Shown here: in pieces, positions 9,998-20,586 of the stretch
Layout of the letters: each line of letters starts with the position of its first letter
How positions within the stretch are numbered: position 1 is the first letter of the stretch
NCBI GenBank assembly: GCA_963758635.1
Contig: CAVWWD010000008.1
Location: forward strand, 864,001-928,000
Origin: an uncultured Candidatus Rokubacteria bacterium
GTDB taxonomy: Bacteria > Methylomirabilota > Methylomirabilia > Rokubacteriales > CSP1-6
Direction of reading: 5' to 3'
DNA length: 64,000 nt
Program-made: the position numbers and the translations under genes
The notes under the pieces: generated by a model
Database searches by the model: none
What the model was told of the DNA's origin: nothing
Seen by the model: only the letters and a program-made list of their open reading frames with translations

Positions 9998-10804
9998 ATG
10001 ACGACAGCGCGACTCGCCCTTCACACGTGGACGCTCGACACGACACCGCTGCCCGAGGCGCTCGGCGTGATCCGGCGGACGGGCTGGGACGCGGTGGAGC
10101 TGCGCCGGCTCGACTTCCAGCGCGCCGCGGAGTCCGGCGAGACGGCCGACCGCGTGATCGAGCGCGTGAAGGCCAGTGGCCTGCCCGTGGCGTGCGTCGG
10201 CGTCGAGCTCGGCTGGATGTGGGCGGAGGGTCCCGAGCGGGCGCGGCTCCTCACGGTGTTCCGCGAGCAGTGCCAGCGGGCGCGGGCGCTGGGCTGCGCC
10301 ACGATCATGAGCCCGGCCGACAAGGGCACGGGCGACCTCGCGGCGGCGGCGGCCAGCGTGCGCGAGGTGGGCGACATCGCGGCCGAGCACGGCGTGACAC
10401 TCGCGGTGGAGTTCAACTCGCAGGCCGACCAGCTCAACACGCTGGCGCGGATCCGCGAGCTGATGCAGCGCGCCGGCCATCCGCGGACCGGGCTGCTGCT
10501 GGACACGTATCACCTGGGCCGGTCGGGCGCCTCGCCGCGCGACGTGGAGGACGTGCGGCCGGAGGAGATCGCCTACGTCCAGTTCAGCGACGTGCCGCGG
10601 ACCGGGCTCGAGCCCGGCAAGGCGCTGGATCGTCTGCCTCCCGGGCAGGGAAGCGTGCCCTTCCGCGAGTTCTTCGCGGTGATCGCGGCCAAGGGCTACG
10701 CCGGCTTCATGAGCTACGAGGCCCCGAACCCCGCGGCGTGGAAGCGGCCGGCGGACGACGTGGCGCGCGAGGCACTCCAGGCGACGCGCGCCGTCCTGCC
10801 CTGA
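9998..10804 (+). CDS. Sugar phosphate isomerase/epimerase (AP endonuclease 2 TIM barrel)
   Basis: RBS GGAGG; LAVEF, LDTYH, QFSD, RLPPGQG, SYE metal ligands. Confidence 0.88.
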   Translation: MTTARLALHTWTLDTTPLPEALGVIRRTGWDAVELRRLDFQRAAESGETADRVIERVKASGLPVACVGVELGWMWAEGPERARLLTVFREQCQRARALGCATIMSPADKGTGDLAAAAASVREVGDIAAEHGVTLAVEFNSQADQLNTLARIRELMQRAGHPRTGLLLDTYHLGRSGASPRDVEDVRPEEIAYVQFSDVPRTGLEPGKALDRLPPGQGSVPFREFFAVIAAKGYAGFMSYEAPNPAAWKRPADDVAREALQATRAVLP

Positions 10805-10817
10805 CGCGGCCCCCGGC

Positions 10818-11679
10818 CTGAAGCCCGCCGACGCGCTGCTGGCCGTCCTCGTGGCGGCCATCTGGGGCATCGCGTTCGTCGCCACGCGGATCGGCCTCGA
10901 CAGCTTCTCGCCGCCCGTCCTCGCCGCGCTGCGCTTCGTGATCGCGTCGGCGGCCGCGGCGTTCCTGTCGCGTCCGCCCGTGCCCTGGCCGGCGCTCGTC
11001 GCGGTGGGCGCCACGCTGTTCGCGGGCCAGTTCCTCTTCCAGTTCTTCGGCATCGCGCTCGGGATGCCGCCGGGGCTCGCCGCGGTGGTCGTGCAGACGC
11101 AGGCCCTCTTCACGATCCTCCTCGCCGCCGTGGCGCTCGCGGAGCGGCCGACCCCCCGTCAGATCGCGGGCATCGCGGTGGCGTTCGCGGGGCTCGCCGC
11201 GATCGCGGCCACGGTGGGAGGCGACCTCACGCCGGTGGCGACTCGCGCTGACGACGCTCTCCGCGGTGAGCTGGGCCGTCGGCAACATCCTGCTCAAGCG
11301 CCTGCCCCGCGTGGAGCTGCCGAACCTGATCGCGTGGCTGAGCCTGGTGCCGCCGCTGCCGTGCCTCGCGCTCGCGATCGCCCTCGACGGCCCCGGGGAC
11401 CCCATCGCGCCGCTGGCGCGCGCGTCGTGGGCGGGCGTGGCCGCGGCCGTCTACCTGGGCCTCGTCGCCACCGCGCTCGCCTACGCGATCTGGGCCCACC
11501 TGCTGCGCCGCTACCCGGCCGCCGTCGTCGCTCCGTTCGCGCTGCTCGCCCCCTTCGTGGCCGCCGCCGCCTCGTCCCTCGTCTTCGGTGAGCGCTTCAC
11601 CCCCCTCCGCCTCGCCGGCATGGCCCTGGTCCTGGCCGGCCTCGCCATCATCCTCGCCCCGCGCAACGCGAGGGTCTGA
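10818..11679 (+). CDS. EamA/DMT family transporter
   Basis: KPADALLAVLVAAIWG, ALRF, QFLFQFFGI, GLAAVVVQTQ, VVAPFALLAP. Frameshift near 11235; start uncertain. Confidence 0.85.
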
Positions 11680-11738
11680 CCCCCGCGCAACGCAGCGACG
11701 CAACGCGGCGCAACGCCGGGGTCAGACCCTCGCGCAAC
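11662..11738. repeat. REP-like 17-bp inverted repeat with CGCAAC direct repeats
   Basis: CGCGAGGGTCTGACCCC (11667-11683) / GGGGTCAGACCCTCGCG (11718-11734); five CGCAAC copies; lies between convergent genes. Confidence 0.75.
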
Positions 11739-11762
11739 GGCCTGCGCGGCCGGGGTCGGAGG

Positions 11763-12572
11763 TCAGGAGGCGAGGGCGGCGAGGGTGTCGCGGGCGGAGA
11801 GCTTGTCGTCGTTGCCGCCGAAGGCCATCGTGTAGTGGCGGCGATAGCCGGCGGACTCGAGGCGGCGGAACATCGCGCGGAAGTCGATGGTGCCCTCGCC
11901 GGGCCGCAGGTGGATCTCGTACTCGCCGGTGTTGTCGGCCAGGCGCACCTCGCCGATCCGCGCGACGCCGAACGCGTCGATGAAGCCGTCGATGCCTTCG
12001 GGCACCAGGTGCGCGTGGTTCACCGTGAACGCCCAGCCGAGCGCCGGCGAGGTGATCGCGTCGAGGTAGTAGCGGCACTCCTCGACCGTGTGCCCGAGGT
12101 AGCGCACCTCGGCGTGCTCCGGCTCCCGGTTGAGGTTCTCCAGCACCAGGTACGCGCCGGCGCGCTCGGCGTGGGCGGTGAGGCGGCGCAGCCGCTCGAG
12201 CGACGCGGCCTTCCGGGCGGCCAGCGCGCTGCTGAAGTGATACCCCGCGTGCACCACCACCCACTCGCAGCCGAGCCGGACCGCGAGATCCACGTTGGCG
12301 CGCAGATACTCGTCCACGGCCTCCGACACGCGCGGGGAGACCTCCGCCACGTTCACGGCCGAGCTGGTGTGCAGGCCCAGGTGGATGCCGCCGCGCTCGC
12401 ACGCCGCGCGAAGAGCGGACACGCGCGCGGCGTCCCAGGCGTCGAGGTGGTTCGCGCCGCCGTCGGCGTTGAAGTCGACGTGATGGAAGCCGTGGCGGGC
12501 CGCCCAGGCGAGGGCGTCCTCGAGCGGGGTGGCGCCGGCGTCGAAGCCGATGCGCTCGCGGAGCGAGGTCAC
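11763..12572 (-). CDS. Sugar phosphate isomerase/epimerase family TIM-barrel protein
   Basis: GLHTSSAVN, VVVHAG, LVLENL, RLADNTG, HLRPGEG; GTGA overlap with the upstream gene. Confidence 0.82.
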   Translation of the reverse strand: MTSLRERIGFDAGATPLEDALAWAARHGFHHVDFNADGGANHLDAWDAARVSALRAACERGGIHLGLHTSSAVNVAEVSPRVSEAVDEYLRANVDLAVRLGCEWVVVHAGYHFSSALAARKAASLERLRRLTAHAERAGAYLVLENLNREPEHAEVRYLGHTVEECRYYLDAITSPALGWAFTVNHAHLVPEGIDGFIDAFGVARIGEVRLADNTGEYEIHLRPGEGTIDFRAMFRRLESAGYRRHYTMAFGGNDDKLSARDTLAALAS

Positions 12573-13881
12573 GCGCCGGGCGCCGGGTCCGCGATCAGGA
12601 GCTCTCTCGCGCCTTCCACCCAGGACACGTCCTTGGGCAGGAGCACCGAGGCCGGGCGCACGCGCTGGCTCGCGGGGTCGAGCCCGGGCGGCAGCACCCC
12701 CTGGGACCGGAGCGCGTTCGCGGCGTCGGCCAGGCGCTTCCTGACCCGGATGATCCCGATGTCCGCCCGCCCCAGCCGCTCCAGCGAGCGGTCGTAGGCG
12801 CCCTGGCTCTCCGTGATCGCCTTGTCCTGGCCGCCGACGCCGGGCACGCCGAAGAACTTCCGCGTCCGCTGCGCCTCCCAGTCGGCGTGGTAGTCGTTGG
12901 TGCGCGTGCCCACGGGCCGGATGTTGCCGTACGGCTCGTTCGTCTCCGGCGCGTAGTCCATCACGTGGATGCTCTTGCCGGCGCGGAACGACTCGATCTC
13001 GGCCGGCGGTGATGGCACGGCGCGGATTCCAGGAGACGCACCAGTTGACGAGCTGGTGGTCGTCCATCGGGACCCACACGTGCGTGTGCAGCATCGGGTC
13101 CGCGCCGACCTCGGCGGGCGGCATGGTGTGGAACGGCACCAGGAACTGGGTGATGCGCCAGTAGTACCGGCCCGCGGGCGCGTCGCGACGGGCGCCGATG
13201 AGGAGACCGACGTCGGTGTCCGCGACCTCGAGGTGCGGCGCGCGCTCGAGCGCCGCGGTGTAGCCGAAGCCCGCGGCCGCCCGCTCGAGGTCCCCGCGCA
13301 ATGCGTCGTCCCGCGCGTCGAGGATGCCGTGCAGGAAGCTGATGTGCGCGGGGTCGACGCCGCCTTCCAGGGCCTGGAGGTAGTTGCAGTCCTGCCAGAA
13401 GCGCGACACGAAGCGCTGGCTCATCCGGCACCAGGGCCCACTCCAGGTCGGGCAGGCCGGGCGCGGGCGCCGGTCCCATGTACGTCCACACCACGCCGCC
13501 ACGCTCGGCGCACGGATAGGACGTGTGGCGGACCTTGTCCTGGAAGTCGAACTCCGGCCGCTCGTTGGGCATGTCGATGCAGTGCCCGCCGAGCTCGAAC
13601 TGCCAGCCGTGATACACGCAGCGGAGCCCCAGCTCCTCGTTCCGTCCGAAGTAGAGCGAGGCCCGGCGGTGGGGGCAGAACTCGCCCATGAGCCCGGGCC
13701 GCCCGCTCGGCGCGCGGAACGCCACGAGGTCCTCGCCGAGCAGCTTGACGCGACGGACCCGCCCGCCCGCCTCGAGCTCGGCGGACGGCACCACGGGGAT
13801 CCAGTACCGGCGCATGAGATCGCCGATCGGCGTGCCGGCTCCCACGCGGGTGAGGAACGCGCTCTCCTCGGCGGTCAGCAT
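12569..13881 (-). CDS. Rieske non-heme iron oxygenase alpha subunit (phthalate 4,5-dioxygenase/LigX-like)
   Basis: Rieske CPHRRA...CVYHGW; mononuclear Fe site EGGVDPAHISFLH; QDKAITESQG. Frameshifts near 13425 and 13005. Confidence 0.9.
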
Positions 13882-13891
13882 GGACGGCGCC

Positions 13892-15112
13892 TCAGCGCCG
13901 CGCGCCCTGGGCGCGAGCGGCGTGGGCGCGGGCCGCCGCCTCGGCCTTGGCGAAGTGCGCCTCGCCGAAGGCGTAGAGGTGCGCGCCGCCCATGAAGATC
14001 TGCGCCGCGATCTCCCGCGGCACGTTCTTCAGGAGGTTCTCCGACACGTGCGGGAAGTTGGAGTCGAAGTGCGGGTAGTCGGTGGAGATGCACATCCGGT
14101 CGGCGCCGATGAGCCCGGCGGTCGCCTCGATCTCCGGCTCGCTGCCCTCGACGGCGGCCCAGCAGTTGCGCCGGAAGTACTCGCGCGGCGTCATCGAGAG
14201 GTACGGCGCGTGGGAGTCCTTGTACTGCGGGTAGTCCCACTCGATCCGCGAGAGCAGGCCCGGCGCCCAGGAGTTCTGCGCCTCGAGGAAGCCCACGCGG
14301 AGCTTCGGGTGGAACTCGAACACGCCGCCGATGATCATGGCGATGAGCGCCTGCTGCATCTCGATCCAGTGGCTGGCCACGTGGCGGTAGAACCGGTTCT
14401 CGCCGTAGAGGTCGTTCATGCGCGAGTACCAGGCGCCCGTCCCCTCGTGGAAGCCCCACGTCACGTCGAGCTCCTCGTGCAGCGTGTAGAGCGGGTCCCA
14501 GTAGTTGGAGTGCCAGAAGTGCCCGTTCACCAGGTTCGGCCGGATGAACGAGCCCACCGCGCCGAGCTCGCGCACGCAGCGCAGGAGCTCGCGGCAGGCG
14601 AGGTGCACGTCGTGCACGGGCAGCATGGCCACGAACTTGAGCTGATCGGGGCTCCACTGGCAGAACTCGTGGATCCAGTTGTTGTAGGCCTGGCAGAGCC
14701 CGAGCGAGAGCTGCGGGTCGAGCCCGTCGCGCGCGATGAGGGAGAGCCCGGTGGTCGGGTAGAGGACGGCGATGTCCACGCCCTCGATCTCCATGCCCAT
14801 CACCTGCGCCTCGGCGTTGTACTCGCGCTTGATCGCGAAGTCGAGGCGGCCGGTGTCGGCCAGGCGCGAGCCCGACAGCGGCTGGGTGCTGTGGGTGGTC
14901 CCGGGCCGGCTGCGCTTCCGGTACTGCTGCATCTCGGCGTCCTGCGTGGTGGGCAGCCCGTCGATCACGATGGTGCCGCGCTTCGCCCGGCCGTCGGCGC
15001 CGATGGGCAGGAGCACGCGGTCCTTGAACTTCGGGTCCAGGTAGCGCGCGAAGAGATCCGGCGGCTCCATGATGTGCATGTCGCAGTCGACGAAGCGGAG
15101 GCCGTCCTTCAT
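13892..15112 (-). CDS. Amidohydrolase family protein
   Basis: VDCDMH, AYNNW, GFHEG, FLEAQNSW, STDYPH. Confidence 0.9.
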   Translation of the reverse strand: MKDGLRFVDCDMHIMEPPDLFARYLDPKFKDRVLLPIGADGRAKRGTIVIDGLPTTQDAEMQQYRKRSRPGTTHSTQPLSGSRLADTGRLDFAIKREYNAEAQVMGMEIEGVDIAVLYPTTGLSLIARDGLDPQLSLGLCQAYNNWIHEFCQWSPDQLKFVAMLPVHDVHLACRELLRCVRELGAVGSFIRPNLVNGHFWHSNYWDPLYTLHEELDVTWGFHEGTGAWYSRMNDLYGENRFYRHVASHWIEMQQALIAMIIGGVFEFHPKLRVGFLEAQNSWAPGLLSRIEWDYPQYKDSHAPYLSMTPREYFRRNCWAAVEGSEPEIEATAGLIGADRMCISTDYPHFDSNFPHVSENLLKNVPREIAAQIFMGGAHLYAFGEAHFAKAEAAARAHAARAQGARR

Positions 15113-15230
15113 GGTCGGTCACCTCGAAGTGAAGGGTGCGGCGGCCCAGGGCGCCCGCCCGGTGGGGTCAAGGTAGCCGGGCCGCGCAAGGGACGTCAAG
15201 CGAATCAAATGAGGTAGTGTCGGAGCCGGC

Positions 15231-16364
15231 ATGAAGCGGAGCCTCGATCGCATCCTGACCACCCACGCGGGCAGCCTGCCCCGCCCGGACGACCTCCTGG
15301 AGATGACGCGCGGCGATGCCGCCCACGCGGCGCGCGTGCGGGCCGCCGTGGCCGACGTGGTGCGCGCCCAGGCCGAGCACGGCATCGACGTGGTGGACGA
15401 CGGCGAGATGAGCAAGCCGAGCTTCGTGACGTACGTCACCGAGCGCCTGGCCGGGTTCGAGCCCGTTCCCGAGGCCGGCGGGCTGCCGTGGGCGGGCTCC
15501 AAGGAGGTGCGCGCCTTCCCCGAGTTCTACGCGTCCACGGTGGGGGCGAGCCCGAACGCGGCGGCGAGCCGCTGGGCGTGCACGGGCCCCGTCCGCTACG
15601 TGGGCCGCGACCTGGTGGCCGCCGACGTGGCGAACCTTCGCGCCGCGCTGGCTGGCGCGCGCGTGGAAGAGGCGTTCCTCCCCGCCATCTCGCCGTCGAA
15701 CGTCGAGGGCCGCTACCCGAACCGCTTCTACCGCACCGACGAGGAGTACCTGCTGGCGATCGCCGAGGCGATGGCCCACGAGTACCGCGCGATCGTGGAC
15801 GCCGGCTTCCTGCTCCAAGATCGACGACCCGCGGCTGGTCACGTACTACATCATGGACCCCGCCTCGACGGTGGCGGAGGCGCGCGCGTGGGCCGAGGTC
15901 CGCGTGGAGGCGCTCAACCACGCCCTCCGCGGCATCCCGCGCGACCGCGTGCGCTTCCACACCTGCTACAGCATCAACATGGGCCCGCGGGTCCACGACA
16001 TGGAGCTCCGCGACATCGTCGACGTGCTGCTGCGCGTGAACGCGGGCGCGTACTCGTTCGAGGCCGCGAACCCGCGCCACGAGCACGAGTGGCAAGTGTG
16101 GCGAGACGTGACGCTGCCCGAGGACGCCGTGCTCATCCCCGGCGTGATCACCCAGTCCACCGTGCTCGTCGAGCACCCGGACCTGGTGGCCCAGCGGATC
16201 GAGCGCTTCGCATCGGTCGTGGGTCGGGAGCGTGTGATTGCCGGCGCGGACTGCGGCTTCGCCACCTTCGCGGGCTCGAAGGAGATCCACCCGCAGGTGG
16301 CGTGGGCCAAGCTCGCCGCGCTGGTGGAAGGCGCCGGACGCGCCGCCGCCGGCTCTGGGCCTGA
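15231..16364 (+). CDS. Cobalamin-independent methionine synthase II family protein (MetE C-terminal-like)
   Basis: ILTTHAGSLPRP, DDGEMSK, HTCY, EAANPRH, GADCGF Zn ligands. Frameshift near 15818. Confidence 0.88.
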   Translation: MKRSLDRILTTHAGSLPRPDDLLEMTRGDAAHAARVRAAVADVVRAQAEHGIDVVDDGEMSKPSFVTYVTERLAGFEPVPEAGGLPWAGSKEVRAFPEFYASTVGASPNAAASRWACTGPVRYVGRDLVAADVANLRAALAGARVEEAFLPAISPSNVEGRYPNRFYRTDEEYLLAIAEAMAHEYRAIVDAGFLLQDRRPAAGHVLHHGPRLDGGGGARVGRGPRGGAQPRPPRHPARPRALPHLLQHQHGPAGPRHGAPRHRRRAAARERGRVLVRGREPAPRARVASVARRDAARGRRAHPRRDHPVHRARRAPGPGGPADRALRIGRGSGACDCRRGLRLRHLRGLEGDPPAGGVGQARRAGGRRRTRRRRLWA

Positions 16365-16392
16365 GCGCACTTCTACACGGCAGACGAGATCG

Positions 16393-19317
16393 TCAGGGCT
16401 CGATGCCGCTGACTTCTGCGGCGCATCTCCAGGAGCGCCATCTTCACTCGCCGTGACCCTGGCTGGATCGACGCGCCCGTACACGTCACCCTTTTGCCGT
16501 TCGTCCACGGCACGCTCGAACCAGGCATCGGGCCTCGTCGTATCGACCGGTCTGCGCCAGGCAGTCGCCGACCTCGTGGAGGCTCGTCCCGAGGCTTGCA
16601 GGATCGACGCGGCCGTGGACATCGCCCTGTTGCTTCTCGACCACGGCGCTCTCGAACCAGGGGCGGGCCTCACCGTACCGACCCATGCGGGCCAGGCAGT
16701 GGCCGACCTGATGGAGACTCCTCCCGAGGCTGGCCGGATCGATGCGCCCGTGGACATCGCCCTTCTGCTTCTCGGTGCACGGCACGCTCGAACCACGGGC
16801 GGGCCTCGTCGTACTTGCCCGTTTCGGCCAAGGCAGGAGCCGACCTGGTGGAGGCTGATGCCCGAGGCTCACAGGATCGACGCGGCCGTAGACATCGCCC
16901 CTTTCGGCTTCGGTCGACGGCGCGCTCGAACCATGGGCGGGCCTCGTCGTGCCGCCCCGTCTCGGCCAGGCAATAGCCGACCTGATGGAGGCTCCTGCCG
17001 ACGCTCTCTGGATCGACGCGGTGATGGGCATCGCCCTTCCGGCTGCGGTCACGGCGAGCTCGAACCAGGTGCGAGCCTCGCCGTACCTGCCGGTCTCGGC
17101 CAGGCACGAGCCCAGCTGGTGGAGGCTCGTGCCCGAGGCTCTCTGAATCGATGCGGCCGCTCGACGTTGCCCTTCTCGCTTTTCAGCCACGGCACACTCG
17201 AACCACGGAGAGAGCCGCGTCGTACTTGCCAGTCTGCGTGCAGGCAGTCGCCGACCTGATGGAGGCTCGTTCCGAGGCTTTCGGGGTCGATCGCGGCCGT
17301 GGACATCGCCCTTCTGCTTTTCCGCCACGGCGCGCTCGAACCAGGGGCGCGCCTCGTCGTACTTGCCGACGTCTCGGCCAGGCAGTCGCCGACCTGGTGG
17401 AGGCTCTTGCCCACGCTTCCGGGATCGACGCGCCCGTGGACATCGCCCTTCTGCTTTTCGGCGACGGCGCGCTCGAACCAGGGGCGGGCCTCGTCGTACT
17501 TGCCGGTCTCGGCCAGGCAGTTGCCGACCAGGTCGAGGCTCGTGCCCAACGCCTTCCGGATCGACGCGGCCGTCGACGTCGCCCGTTCTGCTTCTCGGCC
17601 ACCGCACGCTCGGCCCAGAGCCTCGCGGCCTCGAAACGCCCGAGGGCGCTGAGGGCAGAGGCAACCCGGTGAGCTTCGGCGCCAACGCCGGCACCCGTTC
17701 GCCCGTCCTCGATCCAGAGACTCAAGCGAGGTATCGAACGCGAGCAGCTGAAGAGCGTTGCCGGCGTTTCCGGGCTCCTGCGCCACCTGGTCCGCCGTGC
17801 TCAGCAGATGCGCCCACAGAGGTCGCCTGCAGCTGCGCGACGCAGGGGTCCGGAGTCCCGGCCCTTCTCCGCCACGAATCGAGCAAGCAGCCGGTGCATC
17901 TGCAGGGTGTCGTCGCCCGTCACCAGGAAGAGGTCCCGGCACGCATCGACCGCCGCTTGTACCCGCTGGTTCGACCATCCCGGTTGCCGGGTCAGGGTGT
18001 CCCGGAGCAGTCCCAGGTCGATCCGATCCGGATGGAGGAAGGTCGCGGCCATCAGGAAGGTCCGGCCCTCCTCTCGCGAGCCGGTGCCATGGGCCTTCGA
18101 AGCTCGAGCGCGTCTCTTCCGCCGGCGCGGACTCCGGGAGCGGCGTCCTTCCGGAGCGCACCGCCGCGAGCACGCTCCGCGTGGCGAGGAGGAGCTGGAC
18201 CGGCAGTCCCTTGCTCGCGCGCACCAGACCGGCCACATGCTCGCTCAGGTCGAAGCCGTTCGACACAGCTTCGATGAGCTGACGAGACTCGCGATCGTCG
18301 AGCGCCGAGCACGGCGCAAGGCGTGCCAGCGCTCGTCCCACGTGGATGCGTGAGAGCTCACGACGACGTGGCATGCCATTCCTGCGGGCGGCAGCCAGGC
18401 GGCCGCCCATTCCGGGCTCAGGACGTTGTCGTAGATGAGGAGAGTGGGAGCGGAACCGAGCGAGACGAGAGCGCGGCTATGCACTGGTCTTCCATGCGCG
18501 GATGCTCGGCCTGCTGGAGGCCGAGAATACGGCACACGGTGACGAGATCGACCGGCGGCCCCCCGGTGGAGGCGTCGACGGTGAACGTCCCGCCTGGGTA
18601 GCGGCCTTGCCGGTTTCTCGCGAACTCGCGAGCCAGCTCGGATTTTCCCACTCCCGGCGGCCCGTACAAGGCCAGGAACTGGGGCGGAGCCCCGCCATCG
18701 AGCCGCCGCGCCATCTCCTCGAGGAGATTGACCCGTCCGACGAACGGCTTGTTTCCTCGGGCTTGGACGTTGCTCCGAAAGAGGGCGGGACGAGGAGGAC
18801 CCTTCAGGGCCACCGTCCGATCGATCCGCTCGGCTGAAGCCGCGCCGCTCGAGGAGCGTGACGATCCTCTCGAAGTCGCTCCTCCCAGCCCAAAGTGGTC
18901 AGTGGAATCGACTGCAGATTCGCCAGGCTCTGGATGGACGGAACGGTGCGAAAAGCGCGCGCCGTCAACGGCGCCGCGCCGTTGACGAGGACGGGCACGA
19001 TCCGCTTCTGAGCTCCGAAGCGCGAGCTCGATCTCCGTGCGGACCCAATCGTCGGGTTCGTCGAGGCGGCGAACGCCATCCGCGGACTGCACGGTCAGCC
19101 ACCGCGGCCCGACCAGCACGAGGACGACATCGGCGCGCTCGACCTCGAGCTTGAGGGCCTCCGGGAAGGAGGCTCCGGCTCGATCTCCTTGTGATCGAGG
19201 AACACCGCGCCCCGTCCGAGGACACGCTCGAGCTCGCTGTGGAGCGCGCGCGCGACGTTCCTCGGTGTCCTCCCGGCGATAGCTGATGAAGACGCGGGGC
19301 GAACGTGGTGCGGACAC
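16393..19317 (-). CDS. TIR - NB-ARC (STAND ATPase) - TPR protein, broken by many indels
   Basis: Pieced across frames: TIR VFISYRREDT...WVRTEIELAL...IVPVLV; FVGR; Walker A GPPGVGKS; Walker B LLIYDNV; GLP; MHRLL; then TPR-like repeats. 3' end approximate. Confidence 0.85.
16460..17620 (-). repeat. Nine tandem ~135-bp (45-aa) TPR-like repeats
   Basis: The + strand anchor GATCGACGCG(G/C)CCGT(G/A)GACATCGCCC recurs near 16466, 16602, 16737, 16875, 17011, 17147, 17286, 17423, 17559. Confidence 0.9.
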
Positions 19318-19326
19318 CGCGACCAG

Positions 19327-20586
19327 CTACGAGGCGTAGGCGCGGTCGAGGGCGTGGGCGAGGTCGGCGATGAGGTCGTCGGCGTCCTCGATGCCCACCG
19401 AGTAGCGGATCAGGGTGTCCTTGATGCCGATGGCGAGGCGCTCCTCGGTCGTGAGCTCGTAGAAGCTCATGATCGCGGGCTGCTCGATCAAGGTCTCGAC
19501 GCCGCCCAGGGACACCGCGATGTGCGGGATGCGGCACGCGTCGACCACGCGGGAGCCGGCGTCGAGGTCGCCCTCCACCTCGAAGGCCACCACGCCGCCG
19601 AACCCCCGCATCTGGCGGCGGGCGAGCTCGTGCTCGGGGTGGGTGGGCAGGCCGGGGTAGTGGACGGCGGTCACGCGGGGGTGCTTGGCGAGGAACTCCG
19701 ACACCGCCTGCGCGTTGGCGTTCTGCCGCTCCACCCGGAGGGCGAGCGTCTTGAGCCCGCGCACGAGCAGGAAGGCCACGAACGGATCGACCACGGCGCC
19801 GGTGACGCCCTGGAGCCCGCGGATGGCGTCGATGATGTCGCGCGAGCCGAGCGCGGCCCCGGCCAGCAGGTCGTTGTGGCCGCCCAGATACTTCGTCGCG
19901 GAGTGGATGACCACGTCCACGCCCCACTCGAGCGGGCGCTGGTTGTAGGGGGTGGCGAAGGTGGCGTCGATGAGGGTCTTCACGCGGTGCCGCCGCCCGA
20001 TGCTCGCGAAGCGCTCGAGGTCGAGGATGCGGTTGTGCGGGTTGGTCGGCGACTCGCTCACGAGCACGCGCGTGGTCGGCCGGATGGCGTCCTCGAGCGC
20101 GTCGTAGTCGCCGGCGGGGACGGTCGACACCTCGATGCCGAAACGGCCGAGCGTCTGGTTCAGGAACTGGCGCGTGCGGCGGTAGCTCTCGTCGGTCACC
20201 ACGACATGGGTGCCGCGCGAGAGCATGGCGAAGAGCGTGGTCGTGACCGCGGCCATCCCGCTCGCGAAGAGCAGGCAGTCCTGCGCGCCCTCGAGCGCGG
20301 CGAGCTTGGCCTCGCAGATCTTCTGGGTGGGGTTGCCGTAGCGCCCGTACTCGACCCGCTCGATCTTCCCGTCGAAGTGGTCCTTCAGCTCCTGGGTGTC
20401 GGCGAAGGTGTACGTGGCGGTCTGGATGATCGGCGTGGCCAGGGCGTGCCCGGGCTTGGGACGCGGCTCGCCCCCGTGCACGGAGAGCGTGCTGAACCCG
20501 GGGACGCCGGGGGGCGGCGTGTCGGGCGGGCGCGGAGCGGGGGCCTTCGGCTCGCGCGGTCCGGCGGGCCGCCGTCGCGGGCTCAC
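19327..20586 (-). CDS. metB: Cystathionine gamma-synthase (PLP trans-sulfuration family)
   Basis: [52 protein letters not shown] overlap with the thrC stop. Confidence 0.82.
   Translation of the reverse strand: MSPRRRPAGPREPKAPAPRPPDTPPPGVPGFSTLSVHGGEPRPKPGHALATPIIQTATYTFADTQELKDHFDGKIERVEYGRYGNPTQKICEAKLAALEGAQDCLLFASGMAAVTTTLFAMLSRGTHVVVTDESYRRTRQFLNQTLGRFGIEVSTVPAGDYDALEDAIRPTTRVLVSESPTNPHNRILDLERFASIGRRHRVKTLIDATFATPYNQRPLEWGVDVVIHSATKYLGGHNDLLAGAALGSRDIIDAIRGLQGVTGAVVDPFVAFLLVRGLKTLALRVERQNANAQAVSEFLAKHPRVTAVHYPGLPTHPEHELARRQMRGFGGVVAFEVEGDLDAGSRVVDACRIPHIAVSLGGVETLIEQPAIMSFYELTTEERLAIGIKDTLIRYSVGIEDADDLIADLAHALDRAYAS

Noticed and set aside
16460..17620. CRISPR or non-coding repeat array
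   Set aside because: Units are ~135 bp and translate to a coherent TPR-like consensus.
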